A DNA stretch of 64,000 bases from Stratiformator vulcanicus (GTDB lineage: Bacteria; Planctomycetota; Planctomycetia; Planctomycetales; Planctomycetaceae): contig NZ_CP036268.1 in NCBI RefSeq assembly GCF_007744515.1, positions 3,676,088 through 3,740,087 of the forward strand, in the 5' to 3' direction. The notes below the pieces were generated by a model that saw only the letters and a list, made by a program, of their open reading frames with translations, ran no database searches and was not told the DNA's origin. Position 1 is the stretch's first letter, and the number at the start of each line of letters is the position of its first letter. Below are positions 28,201 through 36,954 of the stretch, piece after piece. Position numbers and translations under genes: made by a program.

Positions 28201-30791
28201 TCGAGCGGCTGCGTATTGACGCTGAAGCGATGCCGGCCAAATCGGATTGCGCTTCGACCATCAACGAACAATTCCTTGCGGTCCTTTAATTGCCGGACGG
28301 CATCCTCTTGAGCACTCTTCAGTTGGCTTTGGATGTCGCCCGATTTAACCGCATCTCCCAACTCACTGAGTTGCTTGATGACATCTCTGACCTTGCCAAC
28401 CATTAAGTCGGACGCGAAATAGCCGTTGATGTCGGCAATCGAATCGAAGCTGTCGGATTTGTTCTTTACACCTTTCAGTATCCGATCGGCGGCTTCCGCC
28501 AATGAATTTGCCCGACGGTTTCGAGCCTCGACCAGCGACAGTTTTCTCGATTCGAACGCATCATAAATCTCTTCCCGCTTTAATGAGATTTCGCCAATAA
28601 ATTCGGGAAACTCGGCGAAGCGGCCTTCGAGTTCTTCTAGCTGCACCATCAGTTTCGTCAAAAACTCGTCACAGCGTTCGGGCGTGTCGGCGACGTCGAG
28701 ATAGCCCGCCACCGACTGCGAGATTAATTTCATCTGCGAGGCGAACTCAGCCCGCCCCTCGACTGAGGCCAATTCCTGCCGGCGGTTTTTTAAGCTCGAC
28801 CGCGTGCGATTCACCGAAGCAAAGACCGATGAGATATCATCGATGATCTGCGTCCGCTTCGTCGCGTCATCAATGTCGAGGTTGCTGACAACTTCGATCA
28901 GCATCTCTAATTCAGAAGCCGTCTTGTCGATTCGCTCTCCGAGACTTCTTGCCGCCGCAACGGTCTCAAGCTGCGGAACTCCCTCAGACGCCTCTTGGAT
29001 GGCGGCAATGAAGGGCTTGAGTGCATCGTCCTTCAGCAGGAATTCGACCGTTCGCCGAGAAACGCTTTCTGCCTGATCGACGAGTGACCGCTCCAACTCA
29101 TCGACAAGATCAAGTTCGACATACTTAAGATCGCGGAGCCCGATGACCTCGCCGCGGGCAGCCCGGAGTTCGCCGAGCGTGTCGACGAAATCCTGAATCT
29201 CATCAAAGCGTCGCCGACCGATCGACGAGCGAATCTGATCGACCTTCTGCCGCGCCGCCAACGTCCGCTCTTCGGTCGTCCGGCGAATGCGAACAACCTT
29301 TTCGTATTCATCGATCGCCGATTGGGCGGCATCTCGAACTCCGTCAAGCGGTACTCTTAAATCAGCCGCTTCTTCGCGTCCAATCCAGAAGTAAGAGTCA
29401 ATAATGTCGGTCGTGGTTCGAACGAGATCGACATAGAGATTTTCGTAACTGTCGTCCTTGTCGAGCAGGCTGAGTACTTCCTGGCACTCGCCCATGCCAC
29501 GGACAAGGTCCCGGTTGCCGATTTTGCCGAGAAACGATTCGGTCACCTCGGGCGTCGAAATCGCTTCGGACGAAAAAGGGGTCTGCCAAATTTGAATTGC
29601 GTGATGCTTCTGCGGCTCTTCGTGTGCTTTAAAGCAAATCAGTTCACCGCCATCGAATACGGTAAAGCCGTTGCAGATTAAAGGCGTATCGACCTGTTGC
29701 GCGATCAGATTGTAACGCAACAGCACGTAGGTTCCGTCCAGCGGCTCATAAAAGACATAGAGGAAGTCCTCACCGTTTGGGGACAAAATCCGCTGCCGGT
29801 ATCGCGTCCCCGAAGGAATACCGTCGAATGTCTTGTAGTCGCCGGTCTGCAAATAGTAACCGTTCGGGAAGATCAGGCCCTGATCTTCAGGAAGCAGTAC
29901 GCACGCATTGGCAATCGCATCGATACGGGTGACCTGCTTCTGCTTGTCGTTAAAAACAAGATATCGAAACTCCTGCTCTTGATACGGTCGCACACGCATT
30001 AAGATCAGATTTCCGACCGTGGCGTAGTGTATTTCCGCGTCGTCGAGAACTTGGTCAGGGTTATCGACCGGCTCCGCGTAGATTCCCTCACCGCTATCGG
30101 TATTGTCTTCGACCTTAACCGTTAGGTCACCACCAACTGTCTCCACAAAGACCCGATCAAGAATATTAACGTGCGGATGGAGCCCGTGAATGTGCTGTTC
30201 CCGCGTCGTCCGCTTCCACTCGAATTCGTGCTGCGGCGGGTCCTTGACCTCGTGGTCGCTGCGATTGTCGAGGTAGCGAAACTCGCCCCCGCGATTGAGC
30301 CACTTCAGTGTCTTGAAATCTGTCGCACTCTTGCCGACCTGCATTTGCAAGAAAAGGTGAGGCCCCTTTGTGACGAAGCGTGCGAAGCGAGCATCTTTGT
30401 AATAGCGATAGATGTCGCGGAAGTCTTTTGCGAAGTCGTCGCCGGAGAGCAGAGACAGAGACTCGGTATGAAAACCACCCTCACGGAACTTATACTGCGC
30501 GAAGACATCGACGAGATTGCGTTCGGTCTTTAATCCGAAATGGACGTTGTAACCGAACAGCAGTTGATCGCCGATCGCGACGATGTCACGGGGAAAGCAA
30601 TTGTGGTCGGTTGTGATCCGCTCCGTGCCGACCAATTCGACATCGACCGAGCCGAAGATTTCTTTGCGGCGCTCGTTCAGAGTTGCAAGCCGCTGCCGCA
30701 GTTCTTTCCCTTGCGCCTGCAGCCGTCCCCGCAGGATCTCGTAAGTCCCGCGTTCGAGTTGGCGTTGCGGCTCGTTCGTCGATTCGGACAT
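25269..30791 (-). CDS. giant (1840 aa) protein with a single AAA_5/MoxR-dynein-type ATPase core, coiled-coil regions and an acidic C-terminal tail
   Basis: Walker A LLLLVSPPGYGKTTL, Walker B NILIYLDDIQHC, sensor-1 VAVVMAGNPYTE and Arg-finger-like MLANRADIY, at about residues 1200-1330; ATG confirmed at 30791; homologs are, I believe, often labelled 'DNA repair ATPase' without functional support. Confidence 0.7.
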   Translation of the reverse strand: MSESTNEPQRQLERGTYEILRGRLQAQGKELRQRLATLNERRKEIFGSVDVELVGTERITTDHNCFPRDIVAIGDQLLFGYNVHFGLKTERNLVDVFAQYKFREGGFHTESLSLLSGDDFAKDFRDIYRYYKDARFARFVTKGPHLFLQMQVGKSATDFKTLKWLNRGGEFRYLDNRSDHEVKDPPQHEFEWKRTTREQHIHGLHPHVNILDRVFVETVGGDLTVKVEDNTDSGEGIYAEPVDNPDQVLDDAEIHYATVGNLILMRVRPYQEQEFRYLVFNDKQKQVTRIDAIANACVLLPEDQGLIFPNGYYLQTGDYKTFDGIPSGTRYRQRILSPNGEDFLYVFYEPLDGTYVLLRYNLIAQQVDTPLICNGFTVFDGGELICFKAHEEPQKHHAIQIWQTPFSSEAISTPEVTESFLGKIGNRDLVRGMGECQEVLSLLDKDDSYENLYVDLVRTTTDIIDSYFWIGREEAADLRVPLDGVRDAAQSAIDEYEKVVRIRRTTEERTLAARQKVDQIRSSIGRRRFDEIQDFVDTLGELRAARGEVIGLRDLKYVELDLVDELERSLVDQAESVSRRTVEFLLKDDALKPFIAAIQEASEGVPQLETVAAARSLGERIDKTASELEMLIEVVSNLDIDDATKRTQIIDDISSVFASVNRTRSSLKNRRQELASVEGRAEFASQMKLISQSVAGYLDVADTPERCDEFLTKLMVQLEELEGRFAEFPEFIGEISLKREEIYDAFESRKLSLVEARNRRANSLAEAADRILKGVKNKSDSFDSIADINGYFASDLMVGKVRDVIKQLSELGDAVKSGDIQSQLKSAQEDAVRQLKDRKELFVDGRSAIRFGRHRFSVNTQPLDLTIVPKDDQMQLHLTGTGFFEPIDDEDFLKTRDVWGQDTVSETKTVYRAEFLAYLMAGELTAEGEDAVRRVLDETHEDRVERVAKFMAPRYSEGYQKGVHDKDAALVLETFFKTARHLDLLRYRSRSRTVAELVWEFFVPKRDRLRAEAQLKGVGTVDRAFSASRKQNAYRDTVREVFDTALALSELEEFLAIEGHDRSEAIDYLVDVLAAGRPFAIAAGAETLAEHFKASLRHRGTEDEFRASTDPLKKSVADLYRLTLDWVEAFALQEDERLEFVEEAALLLLNSGAPGSIADRVINADPAATVKGLVGSHQLIESGEYQFHYNNFVRRLEQHSNVVAPLFRSFGEQKKDLVDAYRDDLRLEEFRPRVLTSFVRNRLLDEVYLPLIGDNFAKQIGTAGDDTRTDRMGLLLLVSPPGYGKTTLMEYVANRLGIIFMKINGPALGHSVTAIDPMSANNAAAREELEKLNLAFEMGDNILIYLDDIQHCHPEFLQKFISLCDAQRKIEGVWKGESRQYDFRGKKVAVVMAGNPYTESGEQFKIPDMLANRADIYNLGEIIGDNGDAFESSYIENSLTSNPTLAPLATASRKDIYGIMRVADRGNADGVEFEGNFSPSELNEYVGVMRKLLRVRDVVLKVNQEYIRSAAQADDYRTEPPFLLQGSYRNMNRIAEKIAAVMNDEEMKTLILSNYQNDAQTLTSGTEANLLKFKELMGWLTIDERQRWEDIKRTFKENVKLRGVDPSDSAGQVIAQLTLLGDGLREIEKAVGEGAALLAKPEDVDATVDWDARITPHLEQLHGSIRSVGETFGSVMEKTASSAPATVPTQNGNNEELMQLLRDEIRLVRESIANAAVATAVPEDVEADDEDEKSAPPKPMAGPASVVDNADDAPSGSITVVNKIPPTLLNVLVEQFRLMENWMKPLMEMSLSERRELKDLENGLRECLKDYERLLGRLKTARRKKRRSRGASSPDESSEA

Positions 30792-30929
30792 GTTTCACGG
30801 CTGTCGGCTATCGGCGGTCGGCTGTCTGCAAACGATCGCGATGATAGCCGAAATGACTCAGACTCGTTCGCGCTAAGGATGAAAGCTGATCGCTGAGAGC
30901 CGATGGCCCTCAACTGACAGCATCCAAGA

Positions 30930-33071
30930 TCAGTTCTTGTTATCGGCGAGCCCCAGTCCGAGTGCCGCAACTTTCTTGTCTCCGTCGCCGGAGCCACGGA
31001 CGGCGTCGAGGATATTTCTCAACGCACTCTTATCATCGTCCGACTTGGCCCGTCCGAGCAGATCGAAGATCAACGCCGACACCGAAAGGTCTTTAACGTC
31101 CTCGAAGCTTACATTGAACTTCTCGACAAACTCGCCCAGTCGCTCAGTGAAGTAGTCCGGGTTGCCGTTGAAAAACGTATTCTTAATATCGCTGATCGTT
31201 TCACTATTGTTGACGAAGCGATCAACGGCCTTTCCACTCTTAATGCTGTCGACGATCTTATCGAAGAACTCGGTCTCGCCGCCGACGATATCGATGCGGG
31301 CGGTGCGGAGGGCTTCGCTGACGATCTTCGATTGGAAGTCGGCGATGCGGGCTTGAGCATCGATCGCGGCGATTTCGATATCCTTGTCTTTGTTAAGCCG
31401 CAATTTGAACTCTTCATGTTCGCGACCGACGCCGTCGAACAGTTTCATTGCTTCCGCCTTCTGTTCGATGCCGGTCGCTTCGGCCTCGAACTTCTGCTGC
31501 ATGACGGTCGCCTCGGCCGTACCTTCTTTCTGAATCGCATCGGCCTTGGCTTCCTGGCCTTTAGCTTCGGCAACAGCTTTTTTCTCGATGACCGATGCCT
31601 CGGCCAAGCCGTCTTTCTCCTTTGCCGTCGCTTTTGCCGAAATAACTTCGGCCTCAGCCAAGCCAGAAGCGGCTTCCTGCGCTCGCGTCGCTTCGGCAAG
31701 CATCTTCGAAGATTCCATCTCTTTCTCGGCACTTTTCCGCTGGGCTTCGGCCTCGACGACGATCTGCTCGGCCGTCTGTTCGGCCGCCTGCCGCTCGGCT
31801 TCGGCTTCCTTGACCCGCTTGACTAAAGATTCCTGAGCTTCCTGCTCGGCGAGCGTTACGGCCACTTTCTTTCGACGATCAGCCGTCGCGAATTCTTCGG
31901 TGTCTTTAATTCGCTGCTCTTCCTCGACCACCGCTCGCTCAACGACCACGCGCTCGCGGATGACATCTTGAATATTACGTTTTTCGACCTCGATCGCCTT
32001 CTCTTTTTCGATATCGGCAAGGCCCACGACCTTCTCGCGCTCGGTCTGCTCGAGTTGCTGATCTTTCTTAACTCGTTCCGATTCAACAGCGTCAGTCCGC
32101 TCCTTGCTCTTGGCAGCGACGATGGTCTGACGCATGCGGTTTTCTTCCGCCACGTCGATTTCCTGCTGTGTCTTAATTCGTGCCGACTCGGATCGCAGGC
32201 GTTCTTCTTCCTCAACCTGTTTCGCTGCGGCTTCTTCGCGGGCGGTGATCGACGCGATTTCCCGCTTCTGCTGCTCTTCCGCTTCGACGCGTTGGCGTTC
32301 AAGCTGATAGATCGCCTCAGATGCCTCGACATCCTGCTTCTTGATCGTCTTTTCTTTTTCGCGGGTGATGCTGTTTGAAAGGACGTGTTCACGGGCCGTA
32401 AGGTCCGTGATCTTCTTAATACCTTCGGCATCGAGAATATTTTGCGGATTCAGGAACTCGACCGGAGTCTGCTCCAGATAATCGATCGCGCAGTCGTCGA
32501 GAATATAACCGTTGAGGTCGGTCCCGATATGTCGGAGGATTTCTTCTTTGAATTTCTCACGCTCTGTATAAAGCTCGACGAAGTCGAAATGCTTACCAAC
32601 TGTTTTCAATGCTTCGCTGAATTTTGCGTCGAACAGTTCGACGAGAGCCTGCTTGTCGCTCGCCCTTCGGCAACCGAGTGCCTGCGCGACTTGCAGGATA
32701 TCTTCCCGCGTGTTGTTCACGCGTGTGAAGAATGCGACCTCAATATCTGCCCGCACATTGTCTTTACAGATTAGACCCGACGCACCTTTTCGCGGGATTT
32801 CGATCCGCTTAACCGAAAGGTCCATGTGCTCGGCCATGTGGAGCACGGGAATGACCCAGATGCCCTCGCCCGTGGCAGACTTCAGACCGCCGCGGCCGGA
32901 GCGGATGATCGCCTCTTCGGGTCCTACCTTGCGATAGAACTTTGAGAACATTGAGAGCACGGCCATGATGCCGATGATCAGCACGAAGAGCACAACCAAA
33001 CCGGTCACCAAGGTGCCCGTTTCAAGCCATGCCTGGGCGAACGTCAGGTTCGCGAGAATTGTCGAAAGCAT
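30930..33071 (-). CDS. flotillin-like SPFH (band-7) domain protein with long charged coiled-coil (YqiK/FloT-like)
   Basis: N-terminal TM + SPFH domain (KFYRKVGPEEAIIRSGRGG...IPVLHMAEHMDLSVKRIEI), then about 350 aa of E/K/A/R-rich coiled coil; start ATG overlaps the upstream stop (TAATG). Confidence 0.85.
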   Translation of the reverse strand: MLSTILANLTFAQAWLETGTLVTGLVVLFVLIIGIMAVLSMFSKFYRKVGPEEAIIRSGRGGLKSATGEGIWVIPVLHMAEHMDLSVKRIEIPRKGASGLICKDNVRADIEVAFFTRVNNTREDILQVAQALGCRRASDKQALVELFDAKFSEALKTVGKHFDFVELYTEREKFKEEILRHIGTDLNGYILDDCAIDYLEQTPVEFLNPQNILDAEGIKKITDLTAREHVLSNSITREKEKTIKKQDVEASEAIYQLERQRVEAEEQQKREIASITAREEAAAKQVEEEERLRSESARIKTQQEIDVAEENRMRQTIVAAKSKERTDAVESERVKKDQQLEQTEREKVVGLADIEKEKAIEVEKRNIQDVIRERVVVERAVVEEEQRIKDTEEFATADRRKKVAVTLAEQEAQESLVKRVKEAEAERQAAEQTAEQIVVEAEAQRKSAEKEMESSKMLAEATRAQEAASGLAEAEVISAKATAKEKDGLAEASVIEKKAVAEAKGQEAKADAIQKEGTAEATVMQQKFEAEATGIEQKAEAMKLFDGVGREHEEFKLRLNKDKDIEIAAIDAQARIADFQSKIVSEALRTARIDIVGGETEFFDKIVDSIKSGKAVDRFVNNSETISDIKNTFFNGNPDYFTERLGEFVEKFNVSFEDVKDLSVSALIFDLLGRAKSDDDKSALRNILDAVRGSGDGDKKVAALGLGLADNKN

Positions 33072-33751
33072 TAGGAGTTCTCCGGTTCACCCTGAGACGC
33101 AGGCCCGTCGTTCGGTTTAAGCGGTACAGGTTCGATCCAGTAAAGTCGCTGTTCGGGGTCGTAGTCAACAACAGTCGCCGCGCTACCTTTTGCGATCGGC
33201 TCTCCATGCGTTCGTGCATTGAGCATTAGGGGCGCTCCGTCTTCATTAATGCGGATGCGACCGAAGTCGCTATCTACTATTGAGGTCTCCACCTCGCACC
33301 GCCGACCGATTAACTTTCCGGCGTCGATGGTTTCCACCTCTTTGAATTTTCCTCGCAGCGGCTGGGTCATCACCTTGGCGCCAACAACGCCGAGCGCGAA
33401 GGCCCTCGCAATCGCTCCTAAGATCGGAATCCATGCGAGGTCATAATTCACTCCCTGATCAATCAGCATCGAAGCGGTCCAGTACGACAGACCGAACGCG
33501 GTCAGCCAAATCATCAGCGGAACATCACCAATATTCAGAAACTTCAGCGAGAGCGCGCCCCAATCCGCGACCGAGGGGGCCGCCTGTTCCGCATCGAACT
33601 CAAGGTCCAAATCGAGATCAAGATCGATGTCGAACATGTCCAGGTCGACCGCGCCGACAATCACGAATGACCAATAAGCCAGGCAAAGTCCGAGCAGGAC
33701 GGTTCCGGGCAGCGTGGCCGGCGAGAGTAGGGCGGTGAGGAACTGATCCAT
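33071..33751 (-). CDS. NfeD/YqiJ-like membrane protein (SPFH-partner, C-terminal OB-fold)
   Basis: Multiple TM helices plus a C-terminal soluble domain (GKLIGRRCEVETSIVDSDFGRIRINEDGAPLMLNA); translationally coupled to the flotillin gene. Confidence 0.65.
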   Translation of the reverse strand: MDQFLTALLSPATLPGTVLLGLCLAYWSFVIVGAVDLDMFDIDLDLDLDLEFDAEQAAPSVADWGALSLKFLNIGDVPLMIWLTAFGLSYWTASMLIDQGVNYDLAWIPILGAIARAFALGVVGAKVMTQPLRGKFKEVETIDAGKLIGRRCEVETSIVDSDFGRIRINEDGAPLMLNARTHGEPIAKGSAATVVDYDPEQRLYWIEPVPLKPNDGPASQGEPENS

Positions 33752-33764
33752 TTTCGATCGGGGA

Positions 33765-33829
33765 CGCGTATCGGTGTCGGCGCGAATTCAAGAAAACGCG
33801 TCTCCACGTTGCGATTGTGGGACACGCGT
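33765..33829. promoter_or_regulatory. three ACGCGT palindromes at 31- and 28-bp spacing in the promoter region of the NfeD-flotillin-ATPase operon
   Basis: acgcgt at 33765, 33796 and 33824, 14-80 nt upstream of the NfeD start codon (33751); a helical-turn-multiple spacing suggests an operator array. Confidence 0.3.
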
Positions 33830-34099
33830 GAGCTTGCACACTCACCGAACGTCAATCCAGCCTGATCGGATCACAAAATTTGCGCAGCGGGCACAGAGTA
33901 TTCCCCTCAGCGTGAACGCAACAACATTGCCGGTTCCCGCGATTATGCGGCGGATGTCATTGCCCGCGGATCGCGTTGATCGAATGGCCATCGATTTGCG
34001 AAGAAGAAATTGACTTTGGTCAAACACACTCGTGCCGAGTCAATGTTGCCGAAGTGCGTGCAGCCGCACTCCGTTTTGAAGAAGAGGGCTCGCTCAAGC

Positions 34100-34486
34100 C
34101 TAAAAAAACGGCTGGGCCCGCTTCACCAATTGCAGGCAGATGCCCCAAGGATCGCGGAGCATTGCAATTTCGTCGCCGTTCGCAATCGTCGCGGGGGCGG
34201 CGTGGACCGTTGCGCCCGCGGCGACCAATCTGTCGACATCGGCGGCAAGATCGTCAGACAACCATGCCAGATGCACAACGCGCGGGTCGGCAGAGCTGTA
34301 GTCGGGCGTGGGCACGTCTTCGAACGAATATAGCTCCAACAGCACGGTCCCGCTTTCGTCAAGCAAGAATTGTCCGAAGGGCTTTTCAGTGGAATTGACT
34401 TTGAATGTCAAACCGAGATGTTCCGCATACCACCGGCCCATCGCAAGAGCATCCGGCACCTGCAGCGCGACATGTTCGAGTTTCAT
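34100..34486 (-). CDS. VOC family (glyoxalase/bleomycin-resistance-like) protein
   Basis: MKLEHVALQVPD...GLTF... pattern of glyoxalase-fold proteins; the track ORF start at 34552 is a GTG, so the internal ATG at 34486 is preferred. Confidence 0.65.
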   Translation of the reverse strand: MKLEHVALQVPDALAMGRWYAEHLGLTFKVNSTEKPFGQFLLDESGTVLLELYSFEDVPTPDYSSADPRVVHLAWLSDDLAADVDRLVAAGATVHAAPATIANGDEIAMLRDPWGICLQLVKRAQPFF

Positions 34487-34551
34487 AAATTCGTTCAGAG
34501 TTAAGAAGAACGAAGAGTCCTTTTTAGACTCTAACTTGCCGACCCGAATCA

Positions 34552-35736
34552 CTAAACCGTAAAGCCGTAGCTCCGACGGGCCGCGAGGTGAATAGCGGAC
34601 TCATCAACGGTCACACCAAGCCCCGGTGCGTTCAAGGCAGGAGCGATGCCGCCGCGGCCGAAGGTCAGGTTTTCGTTGACCAGAGGCGTTTTGACGAGAT
34701 ATCGGTCAAAACTTCCCTCTAAATAGCGGATTCCGCCGACGGAGGTCGCGAAATGGCGCCCAGCGGCGGAAAGGATCCCCGTCTCGCCGACCATACAACC
34801 GAGTTGATAGGAGAGCCCGGCCCGATGCGCAAGCACGGCGAGCCGATGACTTCTCAGGATTCCGCCGCATTTGGAGAGTCGAATATTAAAGACGTCGCAA
34901 AGTCCATCATCAATCGCGCGGCGGCCGTCGCTCTCACTGCACAGCGATTCGTCCAACATGATTGGTACCTCTGTCTGTCCGCGAATTTTACGCAGCCCTG
35001 CAATTTGATCATGGGGCACGGGTTGTTCGACGGCGGAGATTCCGGACTCTCCCAGTGCATTTAAGTGCGGCGCGAGATAGGCAACGTCCCACGCTTCGTT
35101 GGCATCCACACGAATATCGATCGACGGACCGATCCAACGCCGCACGCGTTGAAGCGAATCAATATCGTCCACGCCGGGCAAGCCAAGTTTTAATTTGCAC
35201 TGCTTGAACCCATAGAGCCGGTAGAGCAACGGGTTGACGCACTCCTTCCATCGATTCATCGCCGTAATGACGATACTGTAACGCACTTCATCGACCGACG
35301 TGCGAATCGGTTCAGTCACGCTATGTGCTTGTGTGACGGCGCTGAAGGGAACATTAAAGCAGCGGCAAGCGGCGTCGAGAAAGGCGATTTCGATGGCGGA
35401 GCGAACCGAATTGCCGAAGCAGTCGCGTCGGCCCGGCGGCGCGACGGGCAGCTCTATCAAATCGACCTGCCCAATGGCATCCGCGAGCGATTCGAAGTCA
35501 CCGGTGAGCGGTTTCACGTTGATTTCTGGAAGCATCGACCAAGCATCGTCGATCGACTCACCGGTTACGTATGGTCGCGGCAAGCCTTCACCCCAGCCGA
35601 CCGTGCCGTCGGAAAGTTCGGCGCGAACGATCAGCGTATCGTTCTCACGCCGAACATATCCGGCATGTCCGATCTTTTTCTTAAGCGGAATGCGAAGGTG
35701 AAAGGCCTTCAGGGAGCGGAGTCGCATAAATCGCAA
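34552..35736 (-). CDS. enolase superfamily enzyme (mandelate racemase/muconate lactonizing enzyme / dipeptide epimerase-like)
   Basis: N-terminal capping domain; barrel motifs KLKLG and DANEAWD; 394 aa. Confidence 0.75.
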   Translation of the reverse strand: MRFMRLRSLKAFHLRIPLKKKIGHAGYVRRENDTLIVRAELSDGTVGWGEGLPRPYVTGESIDDAWSMLPEINVKPLTGDFESLADAIGQVDLIELPVAPPGRRDCFGNSVRSAIEIAFLDAACRCFNVPFSAVTQAHSVTEPIRTSVDEVRYSIVITAMNRWKECVNPLLYRLYGFKQCKLKLGLPGVDDIDSLQRVRRWIGPSIDIRVDANEAWDVAYLAPHLNALGESGISAVEQPVPHDQIAGLRKIRGQTEVPIMLDESLCSESDGRRAIDDGLCDVFNIRLSKCGGILRSHRLAVLAHRAGLSYQLGCMVGETGILSAAGRHFATSVGGIRYLEGSFDRYLVKTPLVNENLTFGRGGIAPALNAPGLGVTVDESAIHLAARRSYGFTV

Positions 35737-35741
35737 AGACC

Positions 35742-36782
35742 TTAAGCGGCGACGGTCTCGGACTGAGGCTCGGCCGTCCGCTGGTCACGGAACCACGCAA
35801 TCGTTTCCCGCATCCCCTGTTCAAACTCCACCGCGGGCGCATAGCCGAGCTGGCTCTTGGCCTTTTCAATGCTGAAGTCGAGATTCAAACCCAAAAATTT
35901 GTACTTCGCCAATGACAAAAGCGGTGCTTCTTTCTTACCGAGCAGTCGCCAGGCACCTTCCATCCCCTTCGCCAACAACTTTGCGACGCCGAGCGGTACG
36001 TGCTTTTGCGGCATCTCGTAGCCGGCCTCTTTGCAAATCGTGCTGATGAATTCCGTTTTCGATACGAGGCGCTGGTCGGTGATATTAAACACCTCGCCGA
36101 CGACATCATCGGACTCGATCGCCAACATCACGGCGGCGACGAGATTCTTCACGTTCGTGTTGTTGAGCAGTTGATCGCCGGAGCCAAGAAAGGCGAACTG
36201 ACCGCTCTTAATTTTCTCCATGATCCGCGGCAGCACGGTGCGATCGCGGGGCCCATAGATAAAGCCGGGACGCAACACGACGGCTGGCAGATCGCGCGAT
36301 TCGACGTGTTCGAGAACGAGTTGCTCCGATTCGAACTTCGTCAGCGTATAGCCGTCGATTCCCGAAGCGTTCGGCGGGGTTGATTCATCGGTGCCGTGAT
36401 GGTCACGGGCCTCGTAAACGCCGAGAGAACTGATCTGCACAAATCGCTTGAGTGCTTCGGTTTGTTCGGCGAAGGTCAGTAACTTTTCCAACCCACGCAC
36501 ATTGACCGCCCGATAGTCTTCGACCGGTCCCCAGTCGCCAACTTTGGCGGCGCAATGAACAATGACCGTGACATCTTTCACGGCGGCTTGCAGTGCGATG
36601 GGATCGGTGAGATCACCCCAAGCCGGTTCGACACCCCATTCTTCGAGCAGGGCGACATCGGCGGACCGCCGGACGAGTGCCCGCACGGCGACGCCGCGCC
36701 GGCGAAGCGCCTCTGCCACATGGCTTCCGACGAGTCCGGTCGCACCGGTCACGAGGACGAGGTCGTTTTCGGTCAACGTCAC
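35742..36782 (-). CDS. NAD-dependent epimerase/dehydratase (SDR family)
   Basis: Rossmann motif LVTGATGLVGSHV; YxxxK-type catalytic region; 346 aa. Confidence 0.85.
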   Translation of the reverse strand: MTLTENDLVLVTGATGLVGSHVAEALRRRGVAVRALVRRSADVALLEEWGVEPAWGDLTDPIALQAAVKDVTVIVHCAAKVGDWGPVEDYRAVNVRGLEKLLTFAEQTEALKRFVQISSLGVYEARDHHGTDESTPPNASGIDGYTLTKFESEQLVLEHVESRDLPAVVLRPGFIYGPRDRTVLPRIMEKIKSGQFAFLGSGDQLLNNTNVKNLVAAVMLAIESDDVVGEVFNITDQRLVSKTEFISTICKEAGYEMPQKHVPLGVAKLLAKGMEGAWRLLGKKEAPLLSLAKYKFLGLNLDFSIEKAKSQLGYAPAVEFEQGMRETIAWFRDQRTAEPQSETVAA

Positions 36783-36954
36783 AATCCACTCCGACTAATT
36801 CGATTCTCGATCAGAAATCTATGCCTCTGATTTTTTCATCGGGTGGGGAACTCAGAGAATCGAGCCAGAACGCCGAAGGTCGTCACTGCCGCGGCGATCA
36901 AGAACCATGATGTGTCTCAATCGACAGAACCCGTTGGTGGCTGGCGGCGGGAGG

